From Squalus acanthias (Eukaryota), in the NCBI GenBank assembly GCA_030390025.1, contig CM059431.1, positions 111,726,001 through 111,790,000 of the forward strand: DNA of 64,000 nucleotides. The letters run 5' to 3'. Position numbers and translations under genes: made by a program. The notes under the pieces are model-generated. The model did not search any database, had not been told where the DNA came from, and worked only from the letters and a program-made list of their open reading frames with translations. Positions 50,071 to 62,643 of the stretch are shown one piece after another (positions within the stretch are counted from its first letter, which is position 1; the number at the start of each line of letters is the position of its first letter).

Positions 50071-50801
50071 TGCCTAAAAATTAGGTTGCTTTCCGCCCCC
50101 TAAGAGGGTGCGAACGGGGCGCAAAGCAACTAGCGCCTGGGCGCGGCGCCGCCAACACCTCCCACGAAGTTCAGCGGGAGGTTAGCGGCGGCGGTAACCG
50201 TTAGCGCCCCGCGGCGCTGCGCCGCCAGCCATGACATAATCGCCGTGCGTAGCGCCCTTGCCGCGATCTTCGTTAGCGCCCTCTGACTTACCGTCGGATG
50301 CTATGTCCGATGGGGTCAGGGGGGGGCCTACCTGCGGCCGGGGCGGCGCAAATTAAAGGGGAGGTGCCGGGCGGCCATTTTTGTTGCTGGCCGCCTGCCA
50401 GAACCTGCCCCCTCTGCCGTCCCCGGCCTCCTGACCCGCCCCCCCCCCCACCCCCCGCGGAGTGCCGGCTGCACTCCGTGAGCCCGGCACTCGAGAAGTG
50501 CCGGGCTCTTTTGCCGGCACTCCGATCCCTGGTGGCCCAGCTGGGCCCCGGGTCACGCTGTGCTAGGCCCCTCCCCTTTAATAAGGGGAGGAAGGCCTGC
50601 AGTACCACAGCATGTAGCGCCGCGATATTCCCTCGCAGCGCCCCAAGAGAGAGGTGGGGCGCTTCCAGTAGCGCCCCGCCTCCCTCTTGGGGCGCTACCG
50701 GTGAATTTCGGCCGCGAGGGTGCTAATTTTTTCCGGGCGCTAAAAGTAGCGCCCCTGGCAAAATTAGCGTCCCAAAGGGGGCGCGACTCAATTTTTCCCC
50801 C
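50071..50801. mobile_element. Harbinger-type MITE family A (opposite orientation)
   Basis: Ends CTCAATTTTTCCCCC. Left TIR degenerate. Similar to the 45403 copy. Confidence 0.8.
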
Positions 50802-51574
50802 ATAGGATTCAGTCAGACACGCAACCCTTCACTGCCTACGCTCGGTAAAGAAAAACAGAGACATCGAGGTCTTTGGGATAATGCATGTCCACACCTGCAT
50901 TCCCCTATGCGCTACTTGCACATAAAGTTCTACACTGGAACACAAATTCATAAAATCTACCCTTAGTATCAGGGTAAGCACAAGGAACAATGCTGTAGAG
51001 CAATGCTGGATGATTAAACACGATAGGGTTCATATCTATATCATGTTGACACCAGAAGGCAAGCTGCAGCTTGAACTTAGTTTTACCCCTACAGAAAGGA
51101 GTAAAATGGTGCGATCAAACAAAGATTTTCTGCTCTCCCAGCTAATGATATTAGGAGTTGGATAATTTTATTAATTACAGCCTCGACCTCATTAAAGTTT
51201 TATTAAGTTAGTAAGTATAGTTATGAATTACCTGCAGACATCAGTGAGACAATGGATGACAAACCACTCTAACTGAAACCTTACCATTGACCCGAGAACT
51301 CTAGGATTCAGATAGATAGAAGACCCTTCATTGCCTATTCTAAGTAACAAACAGAAATACCAAAGTTTTGGGGATAATTTGAGAATAGCATATACATTAT
51401 TAACTTTTAATTACTTATGGATGGGACAATTTTTTTAATGGAATTGTCAACCTTGGAAAAGGATTGACTGGCCAGACTGCCTGATGTAATGCCATAAACT
51501 TGACAAGTAAAAGTACTTCGAAGAGAGGTTACAGAACTTTTAGCTTTGAGAAAGAAAGTTGAGCAGGAGAACAA

Positions 51575-52143
51575 ATTGGGATCTCCGGCCTCATTTAAAA
51601 TTAGACCGGTGAGCCGGTGAAGCTGACATCAATTTTGGGCCACTGCAATGGTGGCAGTGGTCCTCAGATAGGTCCCTGGGAGGTGGTGGTGGAGGGGGTG
51701 GGGGGGGGGGAGGGTGGCGTGGGGAAAGAAGGCGATCAGAAGTGGGTCAAGCAGGGACCGACAACAGTCTTCAGGACTGCTGTGGAGCTAGGAGGTGCCC
51801 TCAGGTCAAAAAAATTTTTTTTACAACTTACCTTTTTGTTGGCAGTCTCCACCAGTCCTTTAAAGGACTGCTTGTTAGGCTAGATGTGGACTTGGTTAAG
51901 GTGCAGCAGGCCCCGGCGCAGGCTGCATTCAGGGCAGCCAAATTTTGTGAAGGAGTCCTAAAACAGGCGTTATGTAAAGGGTTTAACGCCTGTTTCAGGC
52001 TCGGGCCCCGGACGCCTGTACTGCACCCTTTACCAATTAGGCGGGGACAGAATGTGCATACGCACGCCGCCCGCCATATTGGATGCTTAGGCGCCCTATT
52101 TCATGCCGGTAAAACGGATGCGATACCAACGAGTTTCTAGGCT
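51575..52143. mobile_element. Degraded MITE remnant
   Basis: Right end GAGTTTCTAGGC and a GCCGCCATATTGG motif resemble family D. Left end not resolved. Confidence 0.45.
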
Positions 52144-53689
52144 CTTGTTTTGTGCTCTGTATTCGATATTTCTCAGATGAAATAAGAGTTAAATGGTAAA
52201 TAAAGAGGGATCTGGCTGGAAAGCTGAGATTTGAGACCAGGTGACAACTTTTTGTAGAAGGAGGGTGAAAGGGGTGGAGGCAGTAACTGCAAAAGATGAT
52301 CCTTCAGAAGATGTTGGCCTCAGAAGGCCGGGGACGTAATGGATTAAGTGATATTACTCTGCAATCAATGAGACACGGTTAATCCTTTTACCACTGTCAA
52401 TTTCATCCCTCCCCTTCCGAAATACACCAATTGAGAGCAAAATATTCCATTCAGTTTCTTCAGAACTCTGATTAATAAAAAAAAAAATTCGGCAGCGGGA
52501 CAGTGACTGAATAAAAATAGTATTTTTTTTTTACTTCAGACCTCATTTCTTACTGCATGTTAAGTGTGATGTGGATGAAGTGATTGCCCTGCCTCACTTA
52601 ATTTAATTGAATTCCTGGGATATCTGGAATTACGACAGAGTCGATCGGTAAATGCCACCGAAAGTTCAAAGTCCCATATTGTAATCCCATTTTGTCCTCT
52701 CGTGCCAATTTTTACACTGAAATCAAAGAGGAATTTCACTCTCGATGTATTTGAACTTTGAGCTACCTGGGATGTTTTACTATGTTAAAGGCGCCATATA
52801 AGTATACGTTGTTGTTGTACTTATTTGTGGCCCTTTACTGTGTACTGTTGATTTTTATTATATGAACTATGAAGGACGTGTTGCCTTAAACATGAATGAT
52901 CCAAGTGTCCTTTTAAATTAGGCAAATGAAAATACACAGCTCAACACTGCAATTATTATATTTAGGATTATTCAACTAACTGGTACTTGAGGTGTTGGGT
53001 CATATCTTATCCTCGTGCCAGCTCTCTCTCGCTCTCATTTGTACTAAAGCATTACCACAACATACAACACAGCTTGACTGGGCTTGTTCATCCCCCATAC
53101 ACAATGCATTTAATTTATATCACAGTCATTTAAATACAGTTTTGAAATAGCTTCATTCATTTTTTTAATTGGAGGTAAACCTGACAGATGATGAATAACA
53201 CGAGGAGGAAGAGGAAGCTTGAGAAAGGAAGATGATCTCTCAACAACCAGGCAATTGAACAATAACGACAGTGGGAATTCATTGGAATTTTGCCAAGGAA
53301 CATGCAAGAGAAAGCAGCATTCTGAGGTATCCTCACTTAACCAATAAAACTTTAAAAACCTACAGCACAATTGATCCCCCCGCCGTGCCTACAGTTTTAC
53401 GCAAGCTCTGTTTGAATCAGCAGGCTGCAGGTCACACGCTCTGGACCAGATGGATGGCTGTACTGGGGAGTGAACTGAATTGGAATTGAGGCATTGGCCA
53501 ACAACCGCTACATTGTATCCCACTCCATTGCAAAGTAGGGTCGGCTTTCCAGTCAAAAAGGTTCGATTTTCAGGCATCAGGCAGGCGTTCCCAATCGAAC
53601 ATTGGGCGGAGAAACCCATTTCGCCAGCTATCCAGCCATTGTGCCAATTTTCCAATCAGGATTTTAATTGGAGCAGGAGGCATCTACTG

Positions 53690-54150
53690 GATGTCAGCCA
53701 TGGCTCAGTGGGCAAACACTCACACCTCTGAGCCAGAAGTTCGTGGGTTCAAGCCACACGCCAGAGACCTGAGCACATAATTCAGGCTGACGCTCCAGTG
53801 CAGTGCTGAGGGAGTGCTGCACTGTCGGAGGCGCCGTCCTTCGGATGAGACGTTAAACCAAAGCCCAGTCTGCTCTCTCAGGTGGCTATAAAAGACCCAT
53901 GGCACTATTTTGAAGAAGAGCAGGAGAGTTCTCCCTGGTGTCCTGGCCAATATTTGTCCCTCAATCAACATCACCCAAACAGATTATCTGGTCATTATCA
54001 CACTGCTGTTTGTGGGACCTTGTTGTGCGCAAGTTGGCTGCCACGTTTCCCTACATTACAACAGTGACTACAATTCAAAAGTGCTTCTTGGTTGTAAAGT
54101 GCTTTGGGATGTCCTGTGGTCGTGAAAGACGCTATATAAATGCAAATTCT
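53690..54150 (+). mobile_element. Same SINE family, full length
   Basis: A/B boxes at 53701-53755, core and tail. Confidence 0.85.
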
Positions 54151-54646
54151 TAATTTCAGAGCAGAACTCTCTTAAAAAAAACAGACTTTTCTCCTCTTGA
54201 TCATCCTGTGTCAAAGTACCTTCTGCAGTACTAAAATCAAAATTATAAACCTATTAAACCATCTGTGTGTGAACCAGTAGTCCTGGTCTATAAGGGGATA
54301 ACGTGCTCCAAGACTTATTCTACCAGTGTCGCTCTGAAACAGAGATCAGCATCGCTGGCTAATCCTTCAACTCTTCCCTCCACCCTCTCGGAAGCTCTCT
54401 ACCTCTGCTCAGTGCCTCTTGATAGCAGCACAGCCAAATGGGAGGATCGGGTGGCGAAGGATTACAAAAGTGACTTTGTATCCACACCCTCCTCTTCCCT
54501 CCACTCCCAGATGCTGCTTATTTTTAGTAAGCTGTGTTCTTTACATATAAACTTTATTTATATCGGGATTCCATTTATCCAACCAGTATCAGAAACACAG
54601 AATAATTTAGCTACCTTATCACAAATAAATTCTAGTATTAGAAAGA

Positions 54647-55078
54647 AGAAAGACTTACATTTATATAGCGCCTTTCACGACCACCGGACGTCTCAAAGCG
54701 CTTTACAGCCAATGAAGTACTTTTGGAGTGTAGTCACTGTTGTAATGTGGGAAATGCAGCAGCCAATTTGCACACAACAAGCTCCCACAAACAGCAATGT
54801 GATGTTGATTGAGGGATAAATATTGGCCAGGACACCGGGGATAACTCCCCTATTCTTCAAAACAGTGCCATGGGATCTTTTACGTCCACCTGAGAGGAGA
54901 CGGGGCCTCGGTTTAACATCTCATCCGAAAGACGGCACCTCCGACAGTGCAGCACTCCCTCAGCACTGCACTGGAGTGTCAGCCGAGATTTATGTGCTCA
55001 AGTCCCTGGAGTGGGACTTGAACCCACAACCTTCTGACTCAGAGACGAGGGTGCTACCCACTGAGCCACAGCTGACAC
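54647..55078 (-). mobile_element. Same SINE family, near full length
   Basis: Homologous to 16858-17313. Confidence 0.85.
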
Positions 55079-55944
55079 TGTTGCCACACATTACGTGATA
55101 TTAATTCAGCGTGGAATCTGATGGGCGGCACAATGGAATAATTACACCCCTCGGGCCCGCTGGGACATTCAACCAGGTTGGTAACTAGTTGGTCTGGATA
55201 CCTGCAGTTTAAAAAAATTACCCCACCCTATATACAATTGATAATTATAGGAAACATGCTGTGGGAACAGTTAATCTTTCGAACAATTTCAGATGACAAA
55301 GAGCAGTTACAGATGTTAAAAAAAAAATATTCCCCTCACGGCCATTTTCGCACATATGTCGTAATTGTTTTTGGCCTGCGAGGCTTCCTGTTGCCCTCCT
55401 GTAGGATGAGTAGATGATGTCTTTACCCTGACAGAAGGTAACATGGATTTATTTCTCACAGTCAAAAGGAAAATAAAAATTCTGTAAACTGCGTAGAAAA
55501 GCAATTAGAACTGGCGATGCCAGGGAAAGAGAGCACACAATGGGAAAGTAGATTTTCACCTCAACCTGACACAGCAGTTATAATATTTGGCTGTCACACA
55601 AGCTCCTGTATAATTATGCACAGGGACTGTTCTTTTAGGTTGATGCAGAACGTTCCAGAACAATATTCAGTTTTCCTTTATTATCCCAATTAATCTAGAG
55701 CACAACAAGGTAAATAAACAAGGAAGGACACTCAGCCCTTCCATCAATCCATCAAGACAAGGCTGCAGACTAAAGAAAAAGAAAGCTGCTGGAAATCTGA
55801 AATAAAAGGAGAAAGTCTACAGACTCCCAACCCCCTCACCTCATCCCCAATCATAACATTCAACTGGCTCTCGAATAAGTCGAAGGTTTTCACCTCCAAT
55901 ACTCTTCCTGGACATGCATTCCAAGTGCTGCTTACTATTTATGG

Positions 55945-56200
55945 AAGGAGTTGAGGAGAACTTTTTTCACCCAGAGGGTGGTGGGGGAATCTGGAACTCG
56001 CTGCCTGAAAGGGTGGTCGAGGCAGAAACCCTCATCGCATTTAAAAAGTACTTGGATATGCACTTGAAGTGCCGTAACCTACAGGGCTACAGACCAAGAG
56101 CTGGAAAGTGGGATTAGGCTGGATAGCTCTTTGTCGGCCGGCACAAACATGATGGGCCGAATGGCCTCCTTCTGTGCCATAAATTTCTATGATTCTATGA
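55945..56200 (+). mobile_element. CR1 3' fragment
   Basis: IWNSLPERVVEAETL...; TTCTATGA tail. Confidence 0.8.
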
Positions 56201-59124
56201 CATTTTTTTTCTAATAGCAGTATTAAATTTACCCAATTGGAGCGTATGCCCCACTGCCAGATTTTGCCTTGAAGTGTGGTGCTCTACATTTATCTTTTTT
56301 TTTTAAATATGTTTAATAGATGCCCCCCTACCTTCTCCAAATAAATTGGAATGAAGATGTGGTACTGCGTATTTGTATTGCTTGCACCTCACACAGATAA
56401 TTATGTTAAACGGTTTAATCACTTGTATACTATGAGTGGCTCCAATGATTTTTTTTAAATATAGGAGGCGGTGGAATCATATTGCAGAATATGGAGCAGA
56501 ACACGGTGGCACCACAGGGTGGAAGGGTACAGATCCGATTCCCCACTCCATTGAGCTCTCGAACTTAGCCATATCACTGAGGAAGTGTTGAGCGGAGGCT
56601 AAGAGCTTCCCCACAGGGAAATGGGAACATTAGAGGGAACATCAATACCAGGCAGCTCTAAAAAAACCTTCCTGGTAACCAGATTAAGTGCAACACAAAT
56701 GAAAACCTGAGACAGGTCATCCGCCCACCCTCTCTAGCGCAGGAGAGAGAAGGCCCATTGAGAATACAAAACTGTAGAATTGAAAATTAACAGGGGCAAC
56801 ATGGTCAGAAAAATGAAGGCTGTCGAACCAGTAATGGACAAAAATCACCAGATCACAGAAAAAAGTAACAGTGGGGTCAAAATAACAGGAGCTAAAAACT
56901 TAACTGCAAATTCCCTGGGGTGCAACCCTTTACAGGTAATGAGGAATTATCCTGTACATTGCTCATATGGCCATTTTTCATTTGTGCTTTTGGACAGCAA
57001 GTTTCAGCAGACTGTTTCATTATGAAGAGCATCACAGTCATGTTCAGTCCTGTCATCACCCAAGATCTACGGGCATGCATTTTTAAAAATAAGCTCACTA
57101 CGTAACAGCCAAGAAAAAGCATTCTGATCATTCCCCTCATGGACCCCAAAACCCATTGCAGCAATCCAACTCCAATTAAAATGATCTCAGCACTGAACAG
57201 GAACTAGTTCTGTTGAATCTGGCTCAGTGTCATCCCACTTGCTGCATTTTACCTACTGAGCTATTAGGGGAGCACGAGAGACTGATGTCTGCCCTTCAGT
57301 GGTCTTTCCCATAAACAATGATGTGTGTCTTAGAGGACTCACGGTTGATTCGGACCCCAGATTATAAACTTAAGATGGCTACTGGTTTTACCAGTCACAC
57401 AAACAACAAGTTGGAGGTTACAGAAAAATACACCTTACGAAGGATTGCCTGGGTGGCTTGAAGAAATGATTGCAAACTGCAGTTTATTTTCAAAGAGCAA
57501 ACAGAGTGAAGAATTCAGAACAATGGAAACTATTTTGAGTACAATCCTTGCTCTGTGTGGGATGTTTAAAGACGGAGCATCCACCTTTTCATACTTGGTA
57601 TGTGATTCTTCCATTCCCCCCTCCTGCCCATTAAGACAAGACTAAGCCGTGAATGCCAGCCCATATCCTATGAGTCACAGCATTATGCCTTGATGGCTTA
57701 GTTAATAAGCAATGACTACTGGGTCTGCATGTGGGGTGTTCTCCTCAGTTGTGTTATTGGTTTCGCTGTACAAAATATTGCTGCACTGCCTAAATTGTAT
57801 ATATGTCAGAATGCTATAAATCGCTAACATACAGTAAGCTTAAGTGTGAGACTCTTAGTCATTATAGTGCTGTATGAATCTGAAACTTTATTATCTCGAA
57901 TATAGTATTTACAGGAATAGTTTTTTTTAAATTAAATGTTATTACAGCACCTTATAAATCTAGCCCATCCCTGATATTTTGTTAAAAAGCTGCCCAGAAG
58001 CTGTGCATCAGATATATTGCAGTAGGCATATATTGTGATTAGAATGAATTCATTGATCCATTGGACTGAAGTCCCATCACTGATCTGTTATCAGAAGCAC
58101 TTAGTGGTCTTGACCTAGTAAGTAGACCAGTGTTAATTCAAATCCTTTGACAATATCCTCCCAGTAACACTGAATTCCAGATGTCATCAGGAGCATGGGC
58201 CCTTCACACTCACAGAAGAACCCCTGAAGATCACCAACACTGGCGAGACCTTTCTACATAAAAAAGGACAAATGTGCTGTGATATTGCACGTAAAATACA
58301 CAAGACTGAGGAAGCTACATTATACCCTTCAAAGATGGGGATCTGTGAACCATTTAAGCGCACGCTGAGTTAAAACATATATATATTTTACTGGAATAGT
58401 ACAGAAAGCTTTTTGATTGTTCCACATGCAGTGTTAATGGAATCCAATTCCAAATATAGACTAAAAACATCATGGAATTCCATTTTGACACATTGCTGCT
58501 ATGATGGATCCTAATTTTAGATACAAAATGAGCCATCAGTAGAGCTAAATTCAAGGAACCACACTGCTACTTTTACCATTATAGTGTTACTTGACCCTTC
58601 ACAGGGAACAAAGGGATTGGTAGCAGCCAATCCTAATAGCCAGCAAAGTAGGAAATTAGGTTTTTGAAAAATGCTGTCATTTGACAAAAACTTAATTTAA
58701 CCAAATGTAGACATCACCTCTATTTAACGTTCATTGGTATCAAATTAACCAGGAAAAATAAATCTTGGTATACACTGTCTCAACTCAATGTCACAAACCC
58801 AGCCACAGTACACCCATTCACACTGCCTGCTTACTTGCAATGAAGACATACCTCCTGTAGTCAATCATTATGCACTCACACACAGAAAGCCAACTGTTTA
58901 CCGTTCACCTGTGAACACTCTTTGAGTGGCAGGCCTAAGCCCCAAGTACACTCAAGATCCTGGATAACAGAATCATTTTATCCCAGGACATTTAGTGGAA
59001 ATAATTTCAATGCAAAGACAATCAGAGAAGCCAGTAAAAAAATCTCTACAAAATAGCAGAATTATACCCACCATGAAATCTCACTAAACATTTGATGCTG
59101 GCCATTTATTTTTAAAAGAAATCA

Positions 59125-59533
59125 AAGACTTGCATTTATATAGCGCTTCACAGTCAATGAAGTACTTTTGGAGTGTGGTCACTGTTGTAATGTGGGAAAC
59201 GCGGCAGCCAAATTGTGCACAGCAAGCTCCCACAAACAGCAATGTGATAATGACCAGATAATCTGTTTGTGTTATGTTGATTGAGGGATAAATATTGGCC
59301 AAGACACCGGGGATAACTCCCCTGGCTCTTCTTCAAAATAGTGCCATGGGATTTTTTACGTCCACCTGAGGGCATTAGTTTAACGTCTCATCCAAAAGAT
59401 GGCACCTCCAACAGTGCAGCACTCCCTCAGTACTGCACTGGAGTCTCAGCCTAGATTTTTGTTCTCAAATGTCTGAACCCACAACCTGCTGACTCAGAGG
59501 CGAGAGTGCTACCCACTGAGCCACAGCTGACAC
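59125..59533 (-). mobile_element. Same SINE family
   Basis: Homologous to 16858-17313. Confidence 0.85.
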
Positions 59534-60526
59534 CTTTAGTGTGAAAAATCTCTGATTATCAAGATGCAACCTCAGTAAATTTTAAAAGCATTTCCCAAAG
59601 TAATTTATATATTGGACTTTTGCAGAAGGCAAGCTGATTCTGATTTCCCCACAGTTAATTCACAAAAATGCTGCATCTATAGTTTTTTTAAATGTACTAA
59701 ACGTCACTGCTTATTTGACATAAAGTGACAGCATACTATTGTAGAAAAGAATCACTAGTGTATGATCAGTGATGATCTAGATAATATATATATAGATATA
59801 TATAAAAATAAAACATACATACTGTACAAGTCTTAAAGGGCACAGGTTTCACACTGTACAAGTCTTAAAGGGGCACAGCTTTTATCCAGAACTGTTTATA
59901 TATTTATTTGTCAAACACTTAAGATAATAATGATACACTTTGTATCAAGACAAGCCAGTATTGCAAAAATACCACTGCAACCTCACAAACATGATCTACT
60001 ATTGCTCTTGCTCCCACTCAAAGAGGAAGGCTCTTTAAGATACAAGCACGTGACTCTCCACTTCTGTTTGTGTTGGCAGGTTTGGCAAGACAGCCAGACA
60101 ACAGTCAAAATCTAATGACATGCTGTACTTTTATACCCAAGGTTTCTCAGACATCAAGTGCTCCTCCTCAGATATTTTATATCAGCAAAACTTCCAGTTC
60201 GCTTCACTTTTATTTACCTAAAAAGCAATTAAGTATTTGATATCACTTATAGCTCAATTAAAAGAAGTTACATTGAAGCGTTTGCTTCAGTTATGTGACC
60301 AACATTCAAAACCGGTTTCGAGCCAACACTTTAGTTTGTATCTACTCCAGACATGCAATCCTGAATAGCACAGTTCGGGCAAAGGTTAGAGTTACATTTG
60401 GAACTGGGTTCATTGTGATCGGGTCACTCTGCCAACGTACGCTCTGACATGTCTAATGCTGCGTGGTCAACAACGATGACCTTGGTTTCACACCCTCTCG
60501 CTCTGCCCATCCAACCAATCACCTAC

Positions 60527-60937
60527 CTGGTTTGGGTCAGTGGCTCGGAAAACATGGCATGCCATCTCGGACTCAGGGTTGTCGGGCTGGGTCCGGATTA
60601 GATAGGCGAAGTAGGTAAGGTCATGACTGTTGTGGATGAACCTGGTGATGTGCTGTGCCTTGTGCTCAAAGATGAAGACCGAGGTGTTGCTGCTGGTGGC
60701 CTGGGGAACGCATCTGATGAGAGGCGGAATGAGGATGAGGAGAACCTCCCGGGCCGCCAAAGATGACCCTGGCTCTTGCTTCTCGCAGCGCCTGCGGATC
60801 TCAGCCATCAGCCAGGGTAACATGGGCAGGGTGGTCCTCCGGTCCAGGGTGGACCAGCCCATGTACCACAAGGTGAACCTCTTCTCAAGTTTGCTCTTTT
60901 CCTCTGGCTGTGGTTGGTTGCTCTTGTCCTCCTCCAT
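60527..60937 (-). CDS. TBC1D4: TBC1 domain family member 4 (AS160), first coding exon, N-terminal PTB domain
   Basis: Translation [32 protein letters not shown]...[28 protein letters not shown]...[13 protein letters not shown] matches the TBC1D4 N-terminus as I recall it. ATG in good Kozak context (GGAATGG) with an in-frame TGA 21 nt upstream. 411 nt ends at CAG|GTAGGT, a phase-0 donor. No second exon seen in the window. Confidence 0.93.
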
Positions 60938-62050
60938 TCCTACTGGCTGGTCGGATCAGCTGTGCAAAGATACAGCTTATTTCTTTCTTATCCTTGCACT
61001 AGTTTGAGTTGAAGCTTCAGCAGCTGAAGAATGACACGTGAGAGGATCTCGTCACTAATAGCCTCCCAGGTCCCCGGACCATTTGCTTTGCAGTGCTGGC
61101 AAGTCCGATTACTGTCACAGCATACAAGCTAACTTTTACCTGATTTATATTCACTGGTCAATATTCTACAACGCACTTTCCTCCCAATGTGAGCACCAGC
61201 CGCTGTATTATCAATGTTTGCTATCTCTTTAGTCAAGCACTTCATGCAGTATTGTTTCCGATTACATAACGATCCGCAAACGTCAATATCCTTTCGATTT
61301 TGATCCAATTAATGATTTGCCCTCAGCAAAAGAGAAAATCCCAAACAAGATTCGCAACACGAACCTCTTGCGTCCTCCAGAAATTGTGATCATAATAAGG
61401 AAAGCAAGGTTTGGGGATAGAGGCAGTGAACCCTGCTTGCAGCCTGTTCACTTAACATTTAAGCAGATGGTGTTTCCAATTTAGACGGGATCCTTTTCTG
61501 TTTAAAAAAAAAGACAACAGAAAATGATTTTTTTTTTGCTTTCGTTCAGACGGACATGCACTCAAAACGTGGCCTTCCTGGCACAGTACACAAGACAAAT
61601 GAACTCTCTCTCTCTCTCTCTCCAGCTGGCTGGGGTTAGTCAGCCCATCCTTGTGCCCCAGAGTTCGGGGAGATGCAGCCCCTGGGAGAGGAAGGGGGGG
61701 AATCCCTGCAAACCGCAGGCTTGCCCGTGTTCCTTTCCTTGCGGTCGATTTCCAGCGCTCCTGGCTGCTTGCTTGCCTGCGAGCCAGCAGATCCCTGCCG
61801 GAGCTAGTTGCAGCTTGGACTTGGCTGCCTTGCTCTCCCGTACCGTGTCCCGGGGCTGCCTCGGCTTGGGCTTTGGGCTTGCCCACAAGTAGAAAGGAGG
61901 AGGAGAGATAAGAGTTTGCTTCACGTTGACTGGAAAGTGACTTTGAGTGGCGCGGCGCTGCCAGAGCGATGGGGAGGGGCGAGGAAGGAAAGTGACAGCA
62001 ACACTGACACAACAGTGCAACAATTTCAGTGCAGGTAGAGCTGCCCTGAA
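60938..62050 (-). promoter_or_regulatory. Probable 5' UTR/promoter region of TBC1D4
   Basis: Largely free of interspersed repeats directly upstream of the ATG, with a GC-richer patch at ~61650-61990. A possible acceptor TCTTTGCACAG| lies just before 60959. TSS cannot be determined. Confidence 0.4.
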
Positions 62051-62247
62051 AAAAAAAACCAGCCAGTGACACTGCATTCACTGCACACCAACATTACACT
62101 GGAGAACATTACCGAAAGAGTGCTCAGCAACGTAAATGCACGAAGACAAGTCTGGATCCACAACAGGGAAGCCAAAAATTAAACAATGAAAAGTCTAAAT
62201 GAGCAATTGGCTTCAACAGTAACAGCAAGAAAGCCTTGCTACTTATA

Positions 62248-62346
62248 TAAAAGCAGAAAATGCTGGAAAAACTCAGCAGGTCAGGCAGCATCTGTGCAGG
62301 GAGAAACAGAGTTAACGTTTCAGGTCGATGACCTTTTGTCAGAACT
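62248..62346 (-). mobile_element. Solo Penelope pLTR fragment (family A), hammerhead core mutated (CTGACAA)
   Basis: Homologous to 38695-38793. Confidence 0.78.
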
Positions 62347-62395
62347 AGTTTATTCTAGGTCTATCAGTATTTGCCCAGCTGGCTACTTTTTATTA

Positions 62396-62643
62396 TGATG
62401 CGGAGATGCCGGTGTTGGACTGGGGTGGACAAAATTGAGAGGTCGCACAACACCAGGTTATAGTCCAACAGTTTTATTTGAAATCACAAGCTTTCGGAGC
62501 TATCGATTTGCTCCTTCCTCAGGTGAAGTAAATTAGATACAGAATCGCCAAAGCATATATAGATAGAAAACAAAGCATGTGTACTTTACATTTATGATTT
62601 CAAATAAAACTGTTGGACTATAACCTGGTGTTGTGCGACCTCT
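62396..62643 (-). mobile_element. Short Penelope pLTR/retrozyme-like insertion (family B) with inverted partial copy
   Basis: 12-bp direct repeat TACTTTTTATTA at 62384-62395 and 62644-62655. 62595-62643 is an inverted copy of ~62438-62486. Contains a hammerhead. Confidence 0.8.
62484..62526 (-). ncRNA. Minimal type I hammerhead ribozyme (family B, second copy)
   Basis: Minus strand TCAC-CTGAGGA-A-GGAGC.AAATCGATA.GCTCC-GAAAGCTT-GTGA. Same stems as the 43863 copy, different stem II loop. Confidence 0.8.

Noticed and set aside
45403..50801. CpG islands marking hidden gene promoters
   Set aside because: The GC-rich blocks are copies of one MITE family, and their ORFs have no recognisable domains.
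53690..53770. tRNA gene
   Set aside because: The A/B boxes are the head of a SINE and continue into the SINE core; the same holds for the other copies.
59821..59878. Two-copy ~26-bp direct repeat
   Set aside because: Simple local slippage duplication with no further structure.
60488..60526. C-terminal [12 protein letters not shown] of the 149-aa ORF
   Set aside because: Read-through past the GTAGGT splice donor; intronic.
61452..62081. Overlapping 145-209 aa ORFs upstream of TBC1D4
   Set aside because: No recognisable domain, they include microsatellite translation, and both strands are open, as is typical of a GC-rich UTR/promoter.
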